From IMG/VR virus record IMGVR_UViG_3300033121_001188: a stretch of DNA of 20,000 nt. The stretch is one strand, 5' to 3'. Every line of letters begins with the position of its first letter. Within the stretch, counting starts at the first letter, position 1. The notes under the pieces are model-generated. The model did no database searches. It was not told where the DNA came from and saw only the letters and a list, made by a program, of their open reading frames with translations. This DNA comes from an uncultured virus (IMG/VR IMGVR_UViG_3300033121_001188) (lineage: Duplodnaviria; Heunggongvirae; Uroviricota; Caudoviricetes). This document shows, one piece after another, positions 1-11,501 of the stretch. The position numbers and the translations under genes were made by a program.

Positions 1-1
1 C

Positions 2-703
2 TTGGATGTAATCAGAAATTTGGTCGCCGCTTTCGTTGTGGTATCTATGTCTATCGAGGTTAAGATCACAGATAGTGAAGTCGATACATACAGGAATTCT
101 AGTGAAGTAAGAATTTTTCTTGATACTCTTGTAAGTGTATCTTGAAGTAGAGCAGTAAGTGTTTGTACAGTCACCAATAACACCAGTTTTACCAACCTTA
201 GTAATTGTGTCTCCTGCTGCCAAAGTTACAGCGCTGTCAAGAACGATTGTAGTTGGAGCAATTGCATCTGGAGTAAGATTTGATACTACTCTGAAGCTGA
301 TTGTTCCATCTGCTTTCTTGATTCTAACTTTGTCTCCAATGCTTAAACCGTTGAAGTTGTCATAAGAATCGATTTTTGATACTAGTACATTCGCAGTTGC
401 TGAGATTGTAGCAGTAACAGTTGCTTTAGAGAACATAGGTGTGTATGGTCTTTCGTACCATGTAAGTGCACAACATTTGTTAACCATCCATTCTGCTTTT
501 GCGTCAAATGGAAGTCCTCTCATTTTAATTGTAAACATTGTTTCGCCGTTTTCCATAACTTCTGCATACGGATCGAATGCAAGATAGTTAATGTCTGGGA
601 AAAAGCTTTGTGTAAGCGTAAATAAAGGCAAGCCTTCCTCTTGGAACGAATTCTGTAACTCGGTCCAGTCAAAACTTGCTACGCAGCTTTCGTTTGCTGA
701 CAT
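2..703 (-). CDS. Putative major capsid protein, N-terminal 234 aa (3' end outside window)
   Basis: ATG at 703, open to the window edge: MSANESCVASFDWTELQNSFQEEGLPLF...CCALTWYERPYTP...GLSIGDKVRIKKADG...YFTRIPVCIDF. It follows portal and scaffold. A W-x-E motif precedes a beta-rich insertion, as in SU10-type capsid proteins. The call rests on synteny and motif resemblance. Confidence 0.72.
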   Translation of the reverse strand, partial: MSANESCVASFDWTELQNSFQEEGLPLFTLTQSFFPDINYLAFDPYAEVMENGETMFTIKMRGLPFDAKAEWMVNKCCALTWYERPYTPMFSKATVTATISATANVLVSKIDSYDNFNGLSIGDKVRIKKADGTISFRVVSNLTPDAIAPTTIVLDSAVTLAAGDTITKVGKTGVIGDCTNTYCSTSRYTYKSIKKNSYFTRIPVCIDFTICDLNLDRHRYHNESGDQISDYIQ

Positions 704-741
704 ATTAGTTTGTATAAATAATTATAAATAAAGATGATTTG

Positions 742-757
742 CATCTCTCGAGAGATG
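742..757. repeat. Perfect 16-bp palindrome CATCTCTCGAGAGATG between the scaffold and capsid genes
   Basis: Self-complementary sequence; can fold as a 6-bp stem with a UCGA loop. No U-tract follows it. Confidence 0.85.
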
Positions 758-764
758 GTAGCTA

Positions 765-1463
765 TTATGCTACGTATGCTTTTTTCTTGATTACGTTGCC
801 GTAATACTTGAATTCTGGTTTTTGTGTTTTATTTGTGTCTTGAATATTAGCACTGAGTTTTTCTTCTGGGGCGATGATTTGCTTTCCGGCGAATAGTTCC
901 AATACTTTAGATGCCCTAACTCATAGATTTTCCTCTGCGTATTCTGCTATATATGACAGAAACTTTGTTTTTGTTGCTTCGTCTCTTTCTTTTTCAAAGT
1001 TATAGAGAGCCCTGATAAACAACTTGTGTTCTGGTAATACTTGCACAGATGATGATTTTAGTTCAAGGTTTTCTTGTAATAGCTCGACGTTCTTAGCTGT
1101 CAGTAGTTCTACGGTTTTCTTTAATCAGACATTTTCAACCTGTAGTTGTGCCTTTTCTGCGGCGTGTTGCTTTAGTGCGGGCAATAGGTCTACGTCTGCA
1201 TTGTCTAGTTGTTCTTCCAATTCTTTTTGGATCTCTTCTTCAATTTCTTGTTTCGCTTCTTGTACGTGTTCTTCTACCTTCTTTTCAATTTCTTGTTGGA
1301 TCTCTTCTTGCGATTCTGTTACGGCTTCTTCCGTAACTGTTGGTTCATCTGTTGTAGTGGTTTCTTCCTGTTGGTCTGGTTGTGTAACCTGTGTTTCTTC
1401 TGTTGTTGCAGTTTGTTCAGCGTTATCGATAACGCCAGCTGCCTCTAAAATGTTTTGTGACAT
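765..1463 (-). CDS. Putative capsid scaffolding protein, 232 aa (code 25)
   Basis: Extends ORF 1125..1463 through two TGA codons to TAA at 765-767. Acidic E/Q/T-rich N-terminus, coiled-coil middle and basic C-terminus (KYYGNVIKKKAYVA). Located between portal and capsid. Confidence 0.75.
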
Positions 1464-1513
1464 TTAATATAATGTTAATGATAATCTGAGGCATCTATAC
1501 CTCTTTCGATTAG

Positions 1514-1542
1514 ATAATACAGCGCCTAACATATATTTGCAA
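1514..1542 (-). promoter_or_regulatory. Sigma70-type promoter for scaffold and capsid genes
   Basis: TTGCAA-N17-TATTAT on the minus strand, ~50 nt upstream of the scaffold ATG and just downstream of the portal terminator. Confidence 0.6.
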
Positions 1543-1554
1543 AAAAGTTCGTTA

Positions 1555-1577
1555 TTTGACATTTTTTTGACATTTTT
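1555..1577. repeat. Tandem direct repeat TTTGACATTTT x2, 11-bp period
   Basis: TTGACA at 1556-1561 and 1567-1572, immediately upstream of the predicted -35 box on the minus strand. Confidence 0.6.
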
Positions 1578-1583
1578 GCGCAC

Positions 1584-1606
1584 AAAAAAAGAGCAAATGC
1601 CCTTTT
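1584..1606 (-). terminator. Intrinsic terminator after the portal gene
   Basis: Minus strand AAAAGGGC-ATTT-GCTCTTTTTTT: a short stem with one G-U pair and a U7 tract, a few nt after the portal TAA TAA. Confidence 0.6.
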
Positions 1607-1612
1607 ATGTTA

Positions 1613-3619
1613 TTATATTGCTTGTCAAGATACAAGCGGTTGTGGTAGCTGTTGTTGCTGTGCCTGTTGTTGCGGTTGATACTGTATCCCAACTTTTTCA
1701 AATAATTGCGCTCTAATATTTTCGTCTCATACGGCCAATATATCCTCTAGCCTCATTGTAAGAGATATATTAACTGGTTTAACCTCTGGTCATTCCACTG
1801 GAGGTATATACTTATTCCTTATCTCTTCTGATTCTTTTAGATATTTATATCTTTCTTCTTGTTCCGCTTTTTTATCTGCTGGAGTTTGAATAAGCTCTGA
1901 TATTCCAGCAAGCTCATATATCTTATCTACAAGAGCTCTATAGTTCGTTGGGTTCTCTCATGTTACTGGATCTGGTGGCAATCCCTGCACGTATTGTATG
2001 ACGCTCACGAGCTGCTCTAATTTATCCGCGTTTCCTCCTATAAGGTCATCTGTGCGGAATGTTATGTTATATCAGTTAGATATATCTTTGACAGTAATTG
2101 ATTGTATTTCGTCATCAGACATCGAATCGTCTAGCTCTATGTCTTGACCATGAGCTTTTATAAGCAATACACACTTCTCAGCTGCATTTGAAAGGCTTGA
2201 AGATATGTTGTTAACCAAGGATACTATCTTGTTGCTGCTTGCCTCGTATTTCAGCGATGCTCACTTTGAACTCCTTTCGATACCTCATGTTCCGCCCTCA
2301 GTATATGGGTTTAATCACACCTTCGCATTAAACTTCGTTTCAACTCTGTCTAGCTCGCTAGATAGGGCCGCTATTTGACTTGGCTCTATCACTCTGACTG
2401 GCGATATTCATGCATTTGATTGTCATGGTGCAGCCTCAATGAATCATCGTGCCTTGTATGAAAATACTTGGCTATTATTCTTATTTCTTCATATCTCTGT
2501 TTCCTTAGAGAACATTGGATTACCAAGCATATTGATCGCTATCATCTTTGTCTCTTGAAGTCTATCGGCCTCTGCCTGATACGATGCTCACATGTCTCAT
2601 AGTCCTGATCAGTACACTACTCATGGTATTATCTTGTTCCTAAAGTGGACTATTGGCGATCACTCAAACGCATATTGCGATGGTCACCGATAGATCATCT
2701 CTTGGTTAATAATAACGCAATTATATGTAACATATTTTCCGTTGGTCTCTTTTATGTCAACAAATAAGTCAATAACTTCAAAACTATCATCACTAATAGA
2801 ATAGAACTCTTTTTCACTTTGTATTTGTCACCTTTGTATTGCAGATAGTAGTGAATCTGTAGTGCGCTGCGCGTCACATATTACCTTGTTCTGATATGAT
2901 TTAATGTCCTTGACTCTGTTATAATCGTATAGATAGTATCATTCCTTATCTTTAATGAGATCTCGCTTTGTTGGTTCAATTGTATACAGCTCTCTTATCT
3001 GCTTCTCTGTCATGAAGCATCTGTCTCCTGATATTCTATTTAGTCAATACGGATCTATGATGGCGTCAAATACAGATACATATTTTAATACTGGATAACT
3101 CATAGAAACATCATGAGATACGACTTCCGTAGATCAATCCTTTTTCTTTTTATAGTTATCTACAATAGACAAGTTCTTGTTTTTCCACATGATCTTTAGG
3201 AATCCATTTCCCGTTAACAGTGCTTCGTCAATAGCTTGGTTGATGGCAAGATTATTGTCCTCTCTTGAAAATATCCACTGGCAAGCCTTTTCGTACATCT
3301 TTGCCCCCTTGTTGTTTTTTTTACCAGCATACGAAGCGGCCCTTACCCTTTTTAGATTGAGCTTACTGAGCATTCAAGAAAATGTATTGTGCGCTCTTTC
3401 GATAAGATCTGTCTTGGAGTCAGGATTATACTGCCGCTCCAATCAAAGCTCCTTCAGCACAAGAAATCTTCTTGCGTTATATCACAACAAGTTTTCATAG
3501 TCCCTTATCCAGCATGGAACGTATTTGCTTTGTATGTACGAAGTACAAGAACTTGCCCGCGCAAGCATTTGGTCTCTTACTTCTTCTGGAGTGAGATTGT
3601 CTATTTTTTCGATATTCAT
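1613..3619 (-). CDS. Portal protein (P22-like), 668 aa (code 25)
   Basis: Single frame with no TAA/TAG. Motifs typical of P22-like portals: AIDEALLTGNGFLKIMW, YVSVFDAIIDP, IPGVVYGSGLGDMGASYQ, VGLNPYTEGG...SKGASL, GYNITF, DPVTG, and a Q/P-rich C-terminal tail. Confidence 0.88.
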
Positions 3620-3638
3620 TTATTGTATAATACAGCTA

Positions 3639-4070
3639 CTAAAAGAATGTTCAGCCATCCGTGTTTGATTTTACTCTAGGTAATTCCCTTTTATCTATAA
3701 CGACAGGGTCTTTCCCTCTGCTTATCCTAGTTATATCAGCCAAGGCCTTGAGTCACTTCAGCATTGCTCATTTTTCATCGAACATGTAATCTCTTTCCGT
3801 GTAGCTAACTAGTTTTTCCAGAAGATAGTCTACTACATTAGTAGAGTCTCAATCTGTTTTGTCACTTATTTTTTCAGACGCCTTTTGTCTTATTGCTGCT
3901 GTCAGCTCTTTTTCACTTCGGAATGCTGATTGATCTAATATTACTACTTCATTTTCTTGAGGGAGTATACTGGTCGACTGAGATTGCTGCTGTTGCTCAT
4001 TTGATAACTCCTCTGTAGTAGTTTGTTCTGTTGGTTTCGGCTCTTGTGAGCGCTTTTTCTTTACCGCCAT
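3639..4070 (-). CDS. Hypothetical protein, 143 aa; possible terminase small subunit
   Basis: Extends ORF 3849..4070 through TGA to TAG TAG. The C-terminal half (VVDYLLEKLVSYTERDYMFDEKGAMLKGLKALADI) resembles the TerS oligomerisation helices. It sits directly before the portal and overlaps the upstream gene by 233 nt. Confidence 0.6.
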
Positions 4071-7000
4071 TTAGTGTCCATGCTGTTGATAAAAGCTCGT
4101 AGTTACGAGTTACAAATTTTTTCATATCCAATGCATCTTTGAATATATCTATTGGGTCATATTTACCTCATATTTTCTTTCATGACACTCTTCCTGATGT
4201 TCATCATGACTTTGGAAGCGAATCGTCTTGCACTGTTTTTATTATGTATTCCTTTGCCCGATCGTTTATATAGTTAGATGATGCGAACAACTCTCACAAA
4301 GCCCTGTCTCCAAATTCTCTAAGCTCTGGGTATTTTCATGGGTTATTAGTGTATTCTAACAATGCATCGTAGTTATTTTTGAACATCTCTGTCATCACAA
4401 CCGCCTTTGCATCTTCAGATATTGGCATTCATCTCACTGTTGACAATTCATCTCCCATAAATGCAAGCTTGAATCTAGCGGTTAACGAGTCCCTATCTCT
4501 CTTCTCTTTTTCGTTTTTGGGTTTTACGCCATCGTTGATATATATTTTGCTTGCCATAAGAGATAGCTCGGACAGCTCTCATGTTTTTGGAAGCTCTCAC
4601 TTGGAAAGTCTTCAAAACATTTCTAGCCTTTTTTGTACATAGGCCTCTTCTCATGGCGTCGGCGTAATTCATACTACTCCTTCTTGGTATTTGTTTACAA
4701 CTGTCATATAAGCTGGATTGTTAGCGGCCTGCACCAATGGTAGAAGCTTTTCCGCAATAGCTAATTTTACATTTCTTCTGTATAGCTCGCTGGACGATTC
4801 TGATTTGTCAATTACGTCTATATACATTGTTCAGTCTGGGTTTAACCCTATTTCATGTTTCTTTTTCAACTGCTTGGCAGACAAACCAAATTCAGACTCT
4901 GATATAAAGTCTCATTTTTTAACTTCTTTTATTCAGTTGACAGTGGCTATATATCAGTTTGCTGGTACATATACAATGTCTCATTTTGTTGCGCTATCTA
5001 CTAATTGGTTGGCCATATATGTTAACAACGCATAAGATGTTCATGGTCCTCAGTTTTTCAATAGACCAATTGCCTCTCAGTGTGCCTTCATAAGCTTATC
5101 TGTTTGGCTTCCAGCAACCTCCAAGAATTTTGCATACACGTCTCATCATCACATTGATTTCGCAAGAGTGGCTTTATAGAGATCTGTTATCTCGTCGTTT
5201 ATTACTGATCACTCTCCCTCAACTGCGGCCGTATTAAACACAACCTTAAACACAGCATCCTCAAACTTTTTCTCGTCCTTCGTATTACGATAGAGCTGCT
5301 GTCGTTTTTGTATTGCCGATTGGAGTACGTTGTCTCATGCGTAGAATCATCTGATTACAGTATCTGAGTTCAGCTTATCGACCTTCTCGTCTACTTTTTG
5401 CGCAAATGGTAAAATAGACGCATAATCCTTTGTGTTGGATATAATAGTCTTGAATGCCTTTGTAATTGGGCTGTTTTTCCACAATAAGAATGGATAGTAT
5501 ATTCACTTAGTCTCTGCGTTTAGTAATACATTGTTGTAATCCGCCCTTTCTCTTGCATTTGTTCTCATGATCGCTTGTTGTGACTCTAGGTTTAACGCTT
5601 CGTTGAACTCCCAGTTTTTTTCTGAGAATAGCGCATCTCAAAGAGTTCCTTCATCATCAATTGCGATGTTTCTTTTAATTGTATTTACGTTTGCGAAAAA
5701 AGTCTGTGAAATAGCTTCTGTGAAGTAATCTCGTCCTTTGCCGTCTGTGGTCGCAGCGGCTCATACGAGTCCAGTAACTAATCTAGATACGGCTGGTAGC
5801 AATCTAATTTGTCTGCCAAACTCCCTAATAGACTGGTTAAGTCACTTATATAATGCGAACTTTGTTCAAGCGTCTAGGTATCAGTCTATTGTCTCAACCA
5901 CTACCCTTCAGTATGAATTCGCCATCACTCAAGCACTCAGTAAAGAAAAGTTCGCTAGATTGGATAATCTATCAATATAGTTCTTGTCTGGCCTTCATTG
6001 TATCCTATTTATTCTCTGCTCTCGTAGCAATCAGTTCAAAAGCATTGCCATTGCAGCTTGAAACTCTAGCGCTCAAAGTCCATCTGTAAATTGTGATAAC
6101 GCTTCCTTTACTCAGCCGTTCCTAAATCAGTTCACGGCTCATACGAACGGCGTTGCAAAGTTTCTGGCATGGGCTTTCATGACGGCCAATCACCATCATC
6201 CCATATACATTCGTAGCCTATTAGCGGTAGCGGCGATAGACTCATTTTGAGCCTCTTGTGCAAACTTAGCAGCGCTGAATCATCTTAGTGTTGGCATAAA
6301 AACATTTTCTGCCCTATCTGCTATCTTCTGTAATAGATCTGCTTTTCAAAGTGCGTCTGCCTGTCTATATTGTGTCAAAAATGCCTTTACTCATCAGAAC
6401 TTCTCGGCTGCGGCTTGGAAGGCAAGCTTCTTTACTTCTGGATCGAACACAGCTTCTGCAATATCTCACGTGTTAGATACGTTTGGCTGAAACTTGCTAT
6501 TCAACAGATTATTTTTATACGATCTTATAACGCTGCCTATTTGCCTCCAAGCCTGTACTCATTTTTGATATGTGTCCTTATTTAGGCCAGTTGTTGTAAA
6601 CTCGTCTAACTCTAAGAACGCCGTATTGTTACGTATGTATCCTTCGTTGATCATTAACTCTAGCATCTCAGAAACATCTTGATCGGAGTCAAACAACAGT
6701 CTGGAAAATGTTGCATACTGTGTTTTTGATTGAATGGCTTGTGGTATAAACTGATAATGGCTTAATATGGGACCAAATATTTTCGCAGCCTTACTAATTC
6801 GCTTAACCCCCCTATAAACCCCCCTTTGCACTGCTCACCACGCTCATGCAAGTTCCTCTAGGCTCTTTCATCATAAGTGCTCTAGTATGCCAGTTAGTTC
6901 GTTTACCTTTACGTTCCAAAATTCGTTTGTTTGTATATATCTTGCAAGGTCTGGAGATAGTTGCTCGTAGCTTGCGAATATGTCATTTCACGTAAAGAAC

Positions 7001-7527
7001 TTCTCCAGCGCCATTGGTTCTTTGCTAGAAGAAAGCACGTCCTTTACTTTTTCTGATGCCTGTATAAACATCTTTTGTACTGCTGGATCGAACTCTGATC
7101 TTTTCGAGTTAACTTGTAAGTACTTTCTTGTATTTCTAAGAGAGCTTTCAATGTCAACTATATACTTGGGATTCGATCTTGCCCATCTGAGATATTCAAG
7201 AGACGTATTGTCTCATATTGACAATCACGACTTAATCCTATCAATATCAAACTCTACTGCGTCTTGTGGTCTTTCAACATAGTCAAATTGTCATACGGAT
7301 TCTTTTATAAATGTTCAAACCTTTCATGCCTTACTTTGCTTCTTTGGTTTTTCGTAGAACAATTGTTTAATTGACTGCTCTATGTCTATTTTGCCAATAA
7401 ACGGCTGCACAATGCTATTGTATTTGTTTTGCGCCGCTTTTGGTAATTTTTTCAAGAATCATCCAAACAAGGCTTGCGTTTCCTCTGTGATGTCTTTATC
7501 TAGTTGCTTGATGTCGCAGTATGTCAT
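3838..7527 (-). CDS. Large putative virion ejection (internal) protein C, 1229 aa (code 25)
   Basis: ATG at 7527 (MTYCDIKQLD...), one frame without TAA/TAG to 3838, containing ORF 6559..6831. Helical composition, Gly/hydrophobic segments and a basic Gly/Lys-rich C-terminal tail. Function is inferred from size, composition and context. Confidence 0.78.
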
Positions 7528-7528
7528 G

Positions 7529-10500
7529 CTAATTACATGGATTATTGATAGATTGTATCTGTTCGTCTATTTCTTGCACTATTTCGTTAGACTGCTTATA
7601 CGTTGGTGTTTTCTTTATCTTCTGTTGATAAAACATACTGTCTGGCGTCTTATCAATTAGTTCTATAGCAGATGGCCTTGACACAATATCCTCTATAGCA
7701 GATAACTGTTGTTGATTTCATCAAAGCGCAGCTATTACCGTTTCTCATATATTGGCATCCGCAAATTCTCTTCTAAGATTATCTTGTATCAGTTTTATTG
7801 CATCTGCAGACGGAGATCATGACAATAAGTCAGTAACCCTTATTCCGTCTATCGTTGCTTCTTGTATTACGGACATATCATTAACATAAGCGTTGAATGA
7901 GGTCTGGATGTCGGCATCTGCCGATATACTATATGTTCATAATCTTTGACCTTTTTTGATAGATGATACTACATCTTGGTATCATTTGATTATATTTTCT
8001 ATTGTTTGTGGGTCTGCTCATTGAGCGAGCTCTATCAGTTGTTTTGGAAGAGCGATCTCTCATTCGTATCCATTGATAGTACTGAACACTGGCATATTTC
8101 TTCTAATCAGATCTACGTCACCTATTTTGAATCATATATAGTCTGACAAGTATTTTGTAGATAGATTCTCGGCTATGTTTTTATCAAGTACTACCAATAA
8201 ACTTCAAAGAATGTATTGCTTAGTCTCGAACGGTAAAGTCTTCAGTTCGTTTGGTATATCTCTAATCGGAGCCGCATCTCACAGCTTGTTTGCATAATAT
8301 CTTATTGCTGTGTCAATATCGAATTTGTAAATCTTTCATCTAAATGGTATAGTTGTATATCCATTTTCAAGTAGATTTTTTATAATATCTGATTTTGGGT
8401 TGTTGGCTCTTTGTTCTATGGCTGTTGATATGCCCTCAAACCATGACTTTATATTTTGCTTTGCATCTGTAGATAATTGTTGCTCGTTTCAGAAACTAGG
8501 TACTTTCAATAAGCTTTCTTTCGCTAAGACAGTCTGGACAGTCGGCTGAGTAGATGAGGCTATCTTAATAGTGCTAAACAGATCTCAGTATTCATTCACA
8601 ATGCTTTGTAATTCCGATCTTAGTTTAGACCTATATTCTGAATTTACCTCTTGTGCGCCGACTCACGATAATCACTTAGATGCTCTGTAATAATCATCTA
8701 TCAATGACTCTATCTTATTACCAGCTTCCTCTAGCCCATATTGTATTTGTTTGTACCTTGTTGGCATGTTGCCGTCCGCAAGGGCTGCATCAAATTGCTC
8801 AAACAATGAGTCAGACGCTCAGTCTAAGTCTATGTACCTATTACTCAATCACAATGTCCTCAACGCTCATTCATTTATTACTCATGAGACAGGAGAAGAC
8901 TTCCAAACGCCTGATGCTTTGCTGTCGCGAATTGCCTCATATGCCGTTCATACGACTTTTTGTAGTAATAGAGCAGACCTGTAATCATATTGCAAGTTCT
9001 TTCTTTCCATGCTTGCCACAACTGTTGGATTTGCAGCGGCAAACGCATTAACGGTTGCAAGCATCTGATACTTTCAACTCTCTCATATTGTATTCGAAAC
9101 GTCCAACAGTATCTCTTGGTATTGCGCTTTTGTGGCCTTTCATTCCTTTGCATCTGCAACAAAATCAGATAGCTTGTTCAGAAACTTTGGTATATATCAT
9201 TCGTTTGCAACAACGAAATCGACTATTTCAGATAGCCCGTATGATCAATATGGTATTGATAGTGATTTACTTATAGAATCAGCTAGGTACTCCATTGCCC
9301 TATAATCTGTTTTATTGAACGCCTGTACTGCTGATACGTCCACTCATAACAACAGCTGTGCTAACGGAGCTGGATCTGATTCATATATGTAGGAATAGAT
9401 TTTACCAGCCATGTCCTTTTCTGTTTTTGTCGTCATGCTCTCAACCAATCATGCTATTGATTGTTGTGGTATTCAGCCGAAGTGGAATATATCAGAAGCA
9501 AGTTTATCTGCCAAGGACAATAGCAAAGCTGACGCATCTCATGAGCGCAAAATTCACTTTATTCCAGATAGCGCCTCTTCTTTATCTACGGTTCATTGTC
9601 TCAGCTGGCTTGTGTATTCTACAACGTCTGCTGTTTTTTGGATGTCATAAAAGTTGGCTGGAGTGACGCTCAATCATACGTTCATGTCGCTCTGCACCTT
9701 TGGGTATCTTATGGATACAACCTCATTTATTAACTTTTGCGTCTCTTGCTCTGGTAAACCCGTTTGCAAGACTCTGTCGAATACTTGATCGAGACCAGCA
9801 AATAGTTTGCTAAGTCTTGAGGCGCTCGGAGCATTCACGGTGAGCCTATCGGCACTAATGCCAAACCTATATCCTATTATAGGCATTACCAGTTTCACAT
9901 CTAATTGCTTTGCTTTCCTTTCTACTTCCCTAGGTAGTTTTTGATAACTCGAAAGAACCAATGTTGACCCCTTATGCTGTTCTATTATAGACATAAGATC
10001 AGATCAGCTTGCTTTAACAGCGCTAAATCATGAGTCCACTGAATTTTGTTGGTATAGCGCGTCGTATAATTTTCCATCAGCAGTGTCTATTGCTATGTCG
10101 TTTTCAACTAATATAATTGGTCTTTTCTTTTTTCACGATACCTTTAGCTTTCAAGCGGTTATGTTTGAGATCAAGGATTTTCTTACAGATGCCTCTAGGC
10201 CGTTTTCACGTATTTGATTACTTATTTCGCTTATGTACTTAGGTTTATTCGCCTGTATAAACTTATATATGTCAGAATCAATTGATCACGATATATCTAT
10301 ATAGTCTTTATATATTTGCTTTTTTATTGCGTCGTATATTGCTAATACGTCTTTATCGTCTGACAGCGCGTCAATCTGGCTCTTTGCTCATAATATCAGG
10401 TCAATACGCTCGTTGCTGAGACCAAACACTCATGCTATATCGCGCACTGGCACAATTGTGCTTGATCACTTGATTTGATCTGCTATAATATTGGATTGCA

Positions 10501-11494
10501 ACTCATTATTAGTGTATTGTATATTGTTTCTATACTTTATAGATTCTATGTTGTCTATAACAAATCATTCGCTAACGGTGGCCGCCTGCCTTTCTGATAA
10601 CGCAAATCTTAGTGCCTCAATGTGATCGTTCACGCTAAGTCATTTCCTTTTCGGTAACTTTCTGGCTAAAAATGCGTAATAATCGTCTTCACTATTGATG
10701 CTCAGCTTATCTTCAAGGATCTCATCAACAAACCTTGCTAGTCTGGCAACTACTGAAAAATTAACAGTACCCATTCAAAGCATGCTATATGCCACTATTT
10801 TTGATATTGAGCTTGGAAAATCATCTGCAAATTTTTTTGACGACACTATTGATTTCACAAAATCGTCGCTTACTCATACAGAGAAAATTCTATTTAATAT
10901 TTTATCAACATACGCCTCTTTCTCTGCCATAGACTTTCCATCTAACGACTTAGCTATGTGGTCTTGAACGTCATTTATCAGACTAAACTCCTTATCGGAA
11001 TTGTACTTTGTTATAAGATCGTCTATATCTTGTACGCTTCAAAAGATCCTATTTATTCATAGGTTAAGTTTTTCTGCTTCGTAAAACATCATAGCCGCTA
11101 ACCTGTTGAGCGATTCTCATACTGCTTTTTCGTCTCACAGTATTGCTGCGCCTCATTTTATCTTCTCGAAATTTTCAAGTGCATAAGCAAATCAATTCGC
11201 TATTGATCTGTTGAATAAACTATTCTTTCAAGTCTTCATAGACTCTATTGCTTTCGCAACGAATACTGGGCTATCGACAACGAAATTTATGCTTCAATAA
11301 AATATATTATTGGCTGCGTCTCATACCATAAGGGCAGATTGCCTTGACGCATCTACAAAAGACATATTATCTTTGTATATGTATGATTGCTCCGCAAGAA
11401 AATCCAAAAACTGTTGGTCTGTCGACTTACTAGCTCCATCAATAACACTTGTTATTATATCGTTTAATAGTGATTTGCCTTCGTAGCAGGACAT
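7529..11494 (-). CDS. Large putative virion ejection (internal) protein B, 1321 aa (code 25)
   Basis: ATG at 11494 (MSCYEGKSLL...), open to TAG at 7529-7531 (...QSINNPCN*), containing ORF 9674..9994. No catalytic motif recognised. Confidence 0.78.
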
Positions 11495-11501
11495 ATTGTA
11501 A

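Noticed and set aside
1556..1572. Plus-strand promoter from the two TTGACA hexamers
   Set aside because: There is no -10 box at 16-18 nt spacing and no plus-strand gene downstream.
7240..7254. EFDID in protein C as a virion RNA polymerase DxDxD motif
   Set aside because: The first Asp and the preceding Gly are missing, it lies only ~90 aa from the N-terminus, and I recognised no other RNAP motifs.
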